Shown piece after piece: positions 1 to 7,399 of a stretch of DNA of 64,000 nucleotides. The position numbers and the translations under genes are program-made. The stretch is from an uncultured Rhodospirillaceae bacterium. Lineage in GTDB: Bacteria; Pseudomonadota; Alphaproteobacteria; SP197. Under the pieces are notes generated by a model. That model saw nothing but the letters and a program-made list of their open reading frames with translations, was not told the origin of the DNA and did not search any database. Within the stretch, counting starts at the first letter, position 1, and every line of letters starts with the position of its first letter. The stretch lies in assembly GCA_937880925.1 (NCBI GenBank), contig CALGGB010000095.1:4782-68781 (forward strand), in the 5' to 3' direction.

Positions 1-198
1 GATATACAAACATGGAAACCCGACGGCGCGCGCCCATCGCGCGTCTCCCTTCCGCAGCAGTTCTCTCTTATGTATATATCAATTTCTAAACAAATGGAAC
101 CAAGCATATGAGACTCATGGAAGAATCGGGGTCGCTGGTAGTTCGTTTCGAGCGCTTCAGCCCGGTCGCCACGCGGCACGGCGCGGTGGGCTGAAGGC

Positions 199-966
199 GT
201 GGACCTGGCAAGCGTCTGGCCGGGCGCCGTCCTGGCCTGCGTCCTGGGGCTGATCTTCGGCAGTTTCGCCACCATGCTCGCCCATCGCCTGGCGCATGGC
301 GGCGATATCCTGGGCCGGCGTTCGGCCTGTCCCTCGTGCGGTGCGGTGCTGACGGCGCAGGACCTTGTACCGCTCCTGTCCTGGCTTGTTATGCGTGGGC
401 GCTGCCGTCACTGCGCCGCGCCCATCGGCTGGCGTTATCCCGCGACGGAACTGGCCTGTGCGCTCGCCTTCCTGGCTGCGTGGTGGGTCTCGGGCGGGCT
501 GGGCCCGGGCTTTGCCATGCTGGCGGGACTGGCGGTTGCCCTGATTGCCATGAGTGCCGTCGATCTGGAGCAGGGCTGGCTGCCCGATCCTCTGCAGATG
601 GTGGCGGCCCTTCTGGCTCCGGCCTGGCGGCTGACCGGCGATGACCCTTCGGCCGCCGCGCTCGACATGGCGCTGGGCGCGGCCGTTCTGGGTGGCGCCG
701 GGCTCGCCGTGCGCTGGGGCTTTCGCCTGCTGCGCGGCCGCGAGGGCTTCGGACTGGGCGATGTGAAGCTGCTGGCGGTCGCCGGCCTGTGGCTCGGTCT
801 GGCGCCGACGCCGATGTTCCTCGTCCTGGGCGGCGGTGCCGGGGCATTGCTGGCTCTGATCTGGCGCGCCACGGGCCGCGGTGCCGAATTCCCGCTCGGT
901 CCGGCCCTGGCATCGGCGCTTTATCTGCTGTTGATTTTCCCCGCCTTGGGCGGGCTGCTCGCCTAG
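199..966 (+). CDS. Type IV prepilin peptidase (A24 family; TadV/CpaA/PilD-like)
   Basis: Translation has the peptidase A24 pattern, including the N-terminal Cys box CPSCG...CRHC. It is a multi-TM protein. The track start codon is GTG. Confidence 0.75.
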   Translation: MDLASVWPGAVLACVLGLIFGSFATMLAHRLAHGGDILGRRSACPSCGAVLTAQDLVPLLSWLVMRGRCRHCAAPIGWRYPATELACALAFLAAWWVSGGLGPGFAMLAGLAVALIAMSAVDLEQGWLPDPLQMVAALLAPAWRLTGDDPSAAALDMALGAAVLGGAGLAVRWGFRLLRGREGFGLGDVKLLAVAGLWLGLAPTPMFLVLGGGAGALLALIWRATGRGAEFPLGPALASALYLLLIFPALGGLLA

Positions 967-1316
967 ACCTTGGCCTTGGGCTGATCCCAGTCGAAGCCGA
1001 CCAGCATGCAGCCGGTTTCCGTCCGGCTGTTGTGGTGGCTGCCGGGCCTGTAGCTTGTGAAATCACCCTTCTTCAGTACCGTGCCGTCGCTCTCGATCAG
1101 CTCGCCCTCCAGGATCAGGTATTCCTCCATGCAGTCGTGGGTGTGGGGGATGGTGACCGCACCGGGCTCCATGCGCATGACATAGATGCCGCGCTGCGTG
1201 GCGCGGTTGTAGCTCACCTCCAGCACGCTCATGTCCTCCTGCACGGGACCTTCCATGTCGTAGGTCGCAAACGGAGTCTCGTAGATGTTGACGATGGTGC
1301 GGTCGTTTCGGGGCAT
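963..1316 (-). CDS. Cupin domain protein (ChrR-like cupin)
   Basis: 117 aa with cupin motifs (PHTHDCMEEYLILEGEL). Overlaps the preceding gene's stop by 4 bp. Confidence 0.5.
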   Translation of the reverse strand: MPRNDRTIVNIYETPFATYDMEGPVQEDMSVLEVSYNRATQRGIYVMRMEPGAVTIPHTHDCMEEYLILEGELIESDGTVLKKGDFTSYRPGSHHNSRTETGCMLVGFDWDQPKAKV

Positions 1317-1348
1317 GGGCGGGCTCCTTGGTTGACGGAAGGTTGGCC

Positions 1349-2284
1349 TCAGTAGATGGCGGTAACGGTGTAGCCGGCGCCGGCGAAACGCTCCAGCAGG
1401 CCTGCCTCCCCGGTCAGATGGAGTGCGCCCACGGCAATGAACAGGCCGCCGTCGGCCAGCATCGGTTGCAGGCGCGCGAACATGTTGGCGTCGCGCCGGG
1501 TCTTCAGGCGCTCCATGAAACGCGCCACCAGCGCGGCCTCCTGGGAGTCCTCCAGGGCGTCACTGACGCTGAGGATACCGGCCAGATCGCGCTCCAGGTA
1601 GAAGCGCAGCATCAGCTCGAAGGCCAGATCGTTCTCCTCCTTGCTCTCCACCAGGGAGCGCAGCAGGGCGATCTGGTCCTCCTCCGGCAGGTCGTCGAAC
1701 ACCTGGATCTGTTCGGCTGCGGTCTCCAGCCCGCGCAGGTCCTTGCCCGCGCGCGTCGCTTCCTCCTGGAGCAGGGTATCGAGGACGACGCCGCTCGCCA
1801 TCATGGCGCGCATCTGCTCGACCGGCACCGAAAGCAGCACCAGAAGGCCCCAGGGCTTGTAGCGGCGCACCAGGGGCGAGGTCAGGCCATAGGTCCGCGC
1901 TACCGCCACGGTCTGCTGCCAAAGCTCCGCGCCCAACTCCTCCTCAAGGTTGCGCCCGTCGCTGTAGAACATCATGGCCGCCACCGCCTGCTGCTCGGCA
2001 GCGCTGTCGATGACCTCGAAGACAGCGGTGTCGCTGGCCGCCAGGGCCTGGCTTACCGCATCGGGAATGTCCAGAACGCGTGGGTCGGCAATATGCATGG
2101 TGCCGAGCAGATAGCTTGCGCGTCCGCCATCGGGGGGATCCAGGCGCCACAGCAGGCCCTGGTCGAAGCGGCCATCCTGCGCCAGGGCGCCGCCGGCCGC
2201 AGCAAGCAACAGCAAGACACCGGCAAAGCCGCACAATCGGAGCAGGGCAATGGGACGCAGGCGCAGGAAACGGGACATCGGCAT
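1349..2284 (-). CDS. TraB/GumN family protein, secreted
   Basis: N-terminal signal peptide and TraB/GumN-like conserved blocks (GTMHI...; IAVGALHL). 311 aa. Confidence 0.65.
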   Translation of the reverse strand: MPMSRFLRLRPIALLRLCGFAGVLLLLAAAGGALAQDGRFDQGLLWRLDPPDGGRASYLLGTMHIADPRVLDIPDAVSQALAASDTAVFEVIDSAAEQQAVAAMMFYSDGRNLEEELGAELWQQTVAVARTYGLTSPLVRRYKPWGLLVLLSVPVEQMRAMMASGVVLDTLLQEEATRAGKDLRGLETAAEQIQVFDDLPEEDQIALLRSLVESKEENDLAFELMLRFYLERDLAGILSVSDALEDSQEAALVARFMERLKTRRDANMFARLQPMLADGGLFIAVGALHLTGEAGLLERFAGAGYTVTAIY

Positions 2285-2412
2285 GGGGCTCCGGACTTAC
2301 CGCCTCGCCCAGCATGGCCCATCGCGGGGCCGCAGCGAACCCCGAAGGCGCGAAAACGCAACGGCCCCGCACCGTTTCCGATGCGGGGCCGCGTTCCGGA
2401 AGGGGAAGGGCG

Positions 2413-3462
2413 CTAGAAGCCGGCCTTCAATTCTTCCCACATGTTGGAGGCCTTCTCGCGGACCTCGGGGTTCCACTCATCGAAGAAGACGCCCAGCGCC
2501 ATGACCTTGTCGGGGTCCTCGATGCCCAGTTCGACAAGCAGGTCCTGGTTGGCGGTCTCGAAGGACACCTTGTTGACCGATCCGTAGCCGTACTCCTCGA
2601 TCATGAACACGCCGGCCTCGGGCGAGAGCGTGGCGTCGAGATAGGCATAGGCCTCGTCCTCGTCGCCGGGGCCGTCCTTGATCATGATGCTGGAATCGAC
2701 CCAGGTCAGGATGCCTTCCTTGGGGATCATGTAGCCGACGTCGTAGCCCTGCCGCTTGAGCGATGCGTAGGCGTCGTTCCAGGCATAGGCCGCGACGATC
2801 TCGCCGGAGGCCAGCGCCTGCTCCACGTCCGACTGGCTCGACCAGTAGTACCGCAGCAGCGGCCGCTGCTCGACCAGCAACTGGCGGCAGCGATCGAGAT
2901 CGGCATCGCTCATCTGATAGGGGTTCTCGATCCCCAGGATCAGTGCTGCCTCCAGGAACCCGGCATCGACGGAATCACGCTGGGCCAGGCGGCCGCTGTA
3001 CTTCTCGTCCCACAGGATGCCCCAGCTATCGTTGCCGACGTACTCGGGCGCCAGATCCTTGCGGTAGAGCACGGAGGAGTTGCCCCAGGCCAGCGGCGCA
3101 CCCCAGGTCTCGCCCTCGTAGCTGATGCCCGTGATGTCCTTGAGCTGGGGGAAGACGTTCTCCCAGTTCGAAAGGCGCGAGGTGTCGATCTGCTTGGCCA
3201 GGCCCGCATCACGCCAGCGCCCGATCAGATAGCTGGTGGGCTGCACGATGGTCGGGGCGTAGCCTGCGCGGACCTTTTCGATGGCCTCGTCGTTGTCGGC
3301 ATACAGCAGGTAGCCCGGTGCTCCGAACTCGGCATCGAAGCCGGGGCGGAGTTGCTCGACGTCATAACCCGACCAGGTGAAGATCTGGATCGTGGACTCG
3401 GCGGCGGCGCGCTGCGTCACCATCGGCAGCGAAACGGTGGCGATGCCGACCGAGGCCAACAC
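2413..3462 (-). CDS. Polyamine (spermidine/putrescine) ABC transporter periplasmic binding protein, PotD/PotF family. Orphan: no cognate permease adjacent.
   Basis: 349 aa, PotF-like throughout. GTG start directly abuts an in-frame TAG (see findings). Confidence 0.7.
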   Translation of the reverse strand: MLASVGIATVSLPMVTQRAAAESTIQIFTWSGYDVEQLRPGFDAEFGAPGYLLYADNDEAIEKVRAGYAPTIVQPTSYLIGRWRDAGLAKQIDTSRLSNWENVFPQLKDITGISYEGETWGAPLAWGNSSVLYRKDLAPEYVGNDSWGILWDEKYSGRLAQRDSVDAGFLEAALILGIENPYQMSDADLDRCRQLLVEQRPLLRYYWSSQSDVEQALASGEIVAAYAWNDAYASLKRQGYDVGYMIPKEGILTWVDSSIMIKDGPGDEDEAYAYLDATLSPEAGVFMIEEYGYGSVNKVSFETANQDLLVELGIEDPDKVMALGVFFDEWNPEVREKASNMWEELKAGF

Positions 3463-3537
3463 CTAATTCATCTGGCGCCGCGTCATGGTGTGCGCGGCAA
3501 GCCGATCCTTGAACTCGGAAAGTTCCATGCGTTTCAT
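3463..3537 (-). other. 24-codon upstream ORF (MKRMELSEFKDRLAAHTMTRRQMN) with strong SD (GGAGGA). Its TAG stop directly abuts the GTG start of the PotF-like gene. Either a leader peptide or the interrupted N-terminus of the binding protein.
   Basis: Read directly from the sequence. SD is 7 nt upstream of the ATG at 3537. No SD precedes the GTG at 3462. Confidence 0.35.
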
Positions 3538-3665
3538 TTTGTTGTCCTCCCAGGACGTGCCGAATTACCCCGCGGCGCACCAAGGGCGGCAACGCCGCAT
3601 GGGGCAGTTTGCGCCCAATCGTCCTGCCTGCAAAGACCACGATACAGTTGTGGGGATCGGCGGGG

Positions 3666-5039
3666 CTAGCGGTCGCGCCAGGCGAAGGCGAGCCTGAGGG
3701 CCCGCAGGGAGGATGCGGTGCCGCACAGCACCACAATGCCCTTTTCCGACAGCGCCTTGCCTGCCGTCATCAGCCCCGACATCGGCGTGTTGATGAGCGC
3801 TGCCATCGGCTTTGCCGTACCCGCCTGGGCGCCGACCAGGGCCTTGGAATAGCCGCCCTCGGTGGTCGGGCTCCAGGTGAAGTCGCCGCAGAACATCGTG
3901 ATGGCGACGGCAGGATCGTCGGCAAGTGCCGAGAAGAACTCCTGGAAGTCGTCCTCGAAGTTGTTTGCAGTGCCCCAGGCGTCCAGCGGGTTCACCGGCT
4001 CCAGTGCGTGGTGCAGCCGGGCGGCGAAGCGTGCCCGGGTCTTCTCGCCGATCTGCGCGAACGCCACCCCGGCGTCGTGTGCCAGGTCGACCAGCATCTC
4101 GCGCTCGCCGCCGCTGTCGAGCACCACGCCCAGGTCGCCGTCCGCGATCTTGCGCGCGCTGGAAAGCAGGGTCAGCAGATTGCCCATTTCCTCCATGTTG
4201 GCCACGCGCAGCACGCCGTGGCGGGCAAACATCGCCTCGTAGTCGGCATCCCTGCCGGTGTCGGCGTTGGAATGCACGCGGGCAAAGGCCGCCGCGGCGG
4301 GCGTGCGCCCGACCTTCATGGCGACCACGGGGACGCCCTGGGCGAATGCCCTGGCCAGTGCCGTCTCCATGGCGGCTGGGTCGCGCGCCTGTTCCATGAA
4401 CAGGGCGATGGCCCTGGTCGAGGGCATCTCCAGGGCATAGTCGATGTATTCGGCCATGGTCGCACCGATCTCCTGTCCGCAGGAGACGACCAGGTTGCAG
4501 CCGTAACGCCAGTCGTTGAGCCCGATCTCGCTGAACACCGTGCCCGAATGGGTGATGAAGGCGACATTGCCGCCCTCGCGCATCTTGTCGGCGGCGTTGT
4601 AGGTCGTCGCCGGAATGCGCCGGGCCATGTTGAGAAAGCCCATGCCGTTGCCGCCGCACACCGGCATGCCGGCTTCGGCCGCCATGGCCTTCAGGCGGGC
4701 AAGCAGGGCGCGCTCGGGATCGTTGTCGACATAGCAGGTGTCGAAGATGACCGCAGCCCTGATGCCGCGCGCGATGGCGTCTGCCAGCTGGCCTTCGATA
4801 TGGGCGCTGTTGACCCCGATGATGGCGAGGTCCACCGCCTCGGGAATGTCCTGCAGACTGCCGAAGCAGGGCAGGCCGTGGACGGCGTCGTACTTGGGAT
4901 TGACCGCATAGATCGTGCCGCCGAAGGCGCAGGCCTGCAGGCCTTCGACCATGCCGCTGCCGACGCTGCCCGGTCGTTCGGAGGCTCCCACCACGGCGAT
5001 GGAGCGGGGGTTGAGCAGGGGATCAAGGCGATGGCGCAT
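3666..5039 (-). CDS. Acyl-CoA synthetase (NDP/ADP-forming), CoA-binding plus ATP-grasp/ligase-CoA domains
   Basis: 457 aa. N-terminal CoA-binding motif (IAVVGASERPGSVG). Overall similarity to acetate--CoA ligase (ADP-forming) and succinyl-CoA-ligase-like enzymes. Confidence 0.65.
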   Translation of the reverse strand: MRHRLDPLLNPRSIAVVGASERPGSVGSGMVEGLQACAFGGTIYAVNPKYDAVHGLPCFGSLQDIPEAVDLAIIGVNSAHIEGQLADAIARGIRAAVIFDTCYVDNDPERALLARLKAMAAEAGMPVCGGNGMGFLNMARRIPATTYNAADKMREGGNVAFITHSGTVFSEIGLNDWRYGCNLVVSCGQEIGATMAEYIDYALEMPSTRAIALFMEQARDPAAMETALARAFAQGVPVVAMKVGRTPAAAAFARVHSNADTGRDADYEAMFARHGVLRVANMEEMGNLLTLLSSARKIADGDLGVVLDSGGEREMLVDLAHDAGVAFAQIGEKTRARFAARLHHALEPVNPLDAWGTANNFEDDFQEFFSALADDPAVAITMFCGDFTWSPTTEGGYSKALVGAQAGTAKPMAALINTPMSGLMTAGKALSEKGIVVLCGTASSLRALRLAFAWRDR

Positions 5040-5253
5040 CGGCGGAGTTCCTGGTTGGTCTGGTTGCGCTGCGTATCAGGTTCGCACGAGCGGGCAAGCA
5101 CGATCCCTGTTTCCTGTCTCTCTATCTAACGTTTGCTTGACGTACAACAAATTAACTTGCTATCCTGACGACAGAATTGGCGCCCGTGCCGTGCTCGGCC
5201 CAGGCCGCCATCTCTCAGGAACATCAACAGGTTACGCGTTGGAGGAACGGGCC
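5040..5253. promoter_or_regulatory. Divergent intergenic region between the acyl-CoA synthetase (-) and the TetR-Rieske fusion (+). Contains an AT-richer patch TTGCTTGACGTACAACAAATTAACTTGC and SD GGAGGA 7 nt before ATG 5254.
   Basis: Sequence inspection only. Confidence 0.4.
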
Positions 5254-7188
5254 ATGACCGCGAAGGCGGCCGAGAAGAAGGATGTGCGGCGCAAGGATCT
5301 GATCGAGGCCACGATCAGCGCGATCGCGCACAACGGGTTTGCGCGCACGACATTGGCCGATGTCGCCGCAGCCGCGGGTTTGTCGCGCGGCATCGTCAAC
5401 TTCTACTTCGAGAGCAAGGACGATCTCTTCCTGGAGACCCTGCGTTATCTTGCCGAGGAATATGCCGGACTGATCCGCGCCGCGGTCGACGCCGCCGGCA
5501 GCGATCCGGCTGCCCGCGTCGTCGCCTTCATCGACGCCGACCTCAATCCGCGCGTCTGGAATCTCGACCGCATCGCCGCCTGGGTGGCCTTCCTGGCCGA
5601 ATCCAAGAGCCATCCCGACTACCGCGAGATCTGCCGTCGCTACGACGTCGCCTCCGCCGAGGAGCTTTCCAACCAGATCGAGCTGCTCATCCTGCGCTCG
5701 GGCCGCCCGTCCTCGGACGGCGTGGTGATCGCGCGCTGCCTCTCGGCGATGCAGCAGGGCTTCTGGTACGACCTGCTGTTCTACGGCGAATCCTACGATC
5801 ATGCCTTCGTGCGCGGCGCGCTGGTCGACTATCTCGCCCGCGTCATGCCCGAAAGCTTCGATTCCTATCGCCGCGCACCGGCGCAACGCCCGACCCTGTC
5901 GGTCTATACCGCCGGCGGCGCCGACGATGCCCTGCCGCGCGAACTGCCGCTGACCGCCCTGCCGGGCGACCCCCTGCCGGAACCGCCGGCCACCGGTTCG
6001 ACGCTGGCGGGCGGGGTCAAGACCCTGCCGGCCTGGACCTACAAGAACGACGAGTTCTACCAGCTCGAGACCGAGCACATCTTCGACACCCACTGGCAGG
6101 TCGTCTGCCACCTCAACGATGTGAAGAAGGCCGGTGACTACGCCACGCTCGATCTGGCGACGCGCCGCGTGGCCGTGATCCGCGACAAGGCCGGCGACGT
6201 GCGCGCCTTCCACAACGTCTGCCGCCACCGCGCCGCCCGCCTGTGTCCGGGCAAGCACGGCAACCACCGCTTCAACATCGTCTGCCCCTACCACGGCTGG
6301 TCCTACAACTTCGACGGCACCCTGCGCGCCATGTCGGAGGGCCACACCTTCCCCGAGATCGACACCGACAAGTTCGGCCTTTGGGAGATCGACACGGAAA
6401 TCTGGAACGGCTTCGTCTTCGTGCGCCTGAAGAACGACGACGGTCCCAGCGTCGAGCAGATCATGGCGCCCTATGCCGAGGAGCTTGCGCCCTATCGCTT
6501 CGCCGAGATGGAGCCGATCGGCCCCATCTGGACCGGTCCGGTGGTCAACACCGACTGGAAGAACACGATGGACAACTACCTGGAGGGGTATCACATCAAC
6601 CCCGGCCATCCCGGCCTCTTCCGCATGTTCGGCAACAGCTACGTCACCGAGGCCAACGAGCACGGCACGGGCCGCGCCTTCTCGGTGCTGAAGGACGAAC
6701 CCTCCAGCGTCTGGGCGGAGGGTCTCTACATGAAGCTGCTGCCCAGCTTCGACCACCTGCCCGAGGAGCGCCAGCGCGCCTGGGTCTACTACAGCCTGTT
6801 CCCCAACATGGCCTTCGACGTCTATCCCGATCAGGTGACCGTATTCCACGTCATGCCGATCGCGCCGGGCAAGAGCCAGGTCGTCGGCGGCGCCTACGCG
6901 CTGCCCGATGCCCGGCGTGAGGTGAAGGCCTGCCGCTGGCTCTCCAACCGCATCAACCACCAGGTCTGGCTGGAGGACAACGAACTCACCGACCTGGTGC
7001 AGGAAGGCCTGCAGTCGGGGCCTTACACCACGGGTTACTTCTCCGAGAAGGAGGTGTGTCTGGCCCGCTTCCACCAGAACATCCGCGCCCGCCTGCCGGT
7101 CGCCACCCTCGACCGCGTGCCTCACGAAGGCAACGTCGCCGACGTCAACGCCCAGCTTTCAAGGCGCCTCGCCGAAGCGGCGGAGTAG
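5254..7188 (+). CDS. Fusion protein: N-terminal TetR/BetI-type HTH regulator domain (about 200 aa) plus C-terminal Rieske [2Fe-2S] non-heme-iron oxygenase alpha subunit (GbcA/CntA-like)
   Basis: A single uninterrupted 644-codon frame from an SD-preceded ATG. TetR HTH: LADVAAAAGLSRGIVNFYFESKDDLF. Pro-rich linker. Rieske motif CRHRAARLCPGKHGNHRFNIVCPYHGW. Mononuclear-iron region DNYLEGYHINPGHPG. Confidence 0.7.
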   Translation: MTAKAAEKKDVRRKDLIEATISAIAHNGFARTTLADVAAAAGLSRGIVNFYFESKDDLFLETLRYLAEEYAGLIRAAVDAAGSDPAARVVAFIDADLNPRVWNLDRIAAWVAFLAESKSHPDYREICRRYDVASAEELSNQIELLILRSGRPSSDGVVIARCLSAMQQGFWYDLLFYGESYDHAFVRGALVDYLARVMPESFDSYRRAPAQRPTLSVYTAGGADDALPRELPLTALPGDPLPEPPATGSTLAGGVKTLPAWTYKNDEFYQLETEHIFDTHWQVVCHLNDVKKAGDYATLDLATRRVAVIRDKAGDVRAFHNVCRHRAARLCPGKHGNHRFNIVCPYHGWSYNFDGTLRAMSEGHTFPEIDTDKFGLWEIDTEIWNGFVFVRLKNDDGPSVEQIMAPYAEELAPYRFAEMEPIGPIWTGPVVNTDWKNTMDNYLEGYHINPGHPGLFRMFGNSYVTEANEHGTGRAFSVLKDEPSSVWAEGLYMKLLPSFDHLPEERQRAWVYYSLFPNMAFDVYPDQVTVFHVMPIAPGKSQVVGGAYALPDARREVKACRWLSNRINHQVWLEDNELTDLVQEGLQSGPYTTGYFSEKEVCLARFHQNIRARLPVATLDRVPHEGNVADVNAQLSRRLAEAAE

Positions 7189-7215
7189 CGACGCGCCGCT
7201 CCCTTCTTCTCTGCT

Positions 7216-7305
7216 CCTCATTCCCGTGAACGCGGGAATCCAGGGTTGCGCGCTCCAGCGGCTCTTGCGCGCGCTGCCTGGTTTCCCGCGTCCGCAGGGA
7301 TGAGG
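7216..7305. repeat. Composite imperfect inverted repeat: two arms of about 38 bp, about 80% matching. The left arm also contains the perfect hairpin ATTCCCG-TGAACG-CGGGAAT.
   Basis: Left arm 7216-7253 versus the reverse complement of right arm 7267-7305. Lies between the Rieske-fusion stop and the ACAD start. Confidence 0.6.
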
Positions 7306-7399
7306 ACAAGGAGAGCGCGCGCAACGTCCCCTCTCCCTTGCGCGTCCATCCCGTCCGCACCACAGTAACCAGCGACCCCAAGCCTCCCGGAGCCTCCTC

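Noticed and set aside
3485-3697. 70-aa plus-strand ORF overlapping the PotF-like gene start and leader
   Set aside because: Antisense to the SD/leader/start region of the binding-protein gene. No similarity.
4915-5253. N-terminal extension of the TetR-Rieske ORF (track start 4915)
   Set aside because: The extension overlaps the divergent acyl-CoA synthetase gene and intergenic DNA and has no family similarity. ATG 5254 has a canonical SD.
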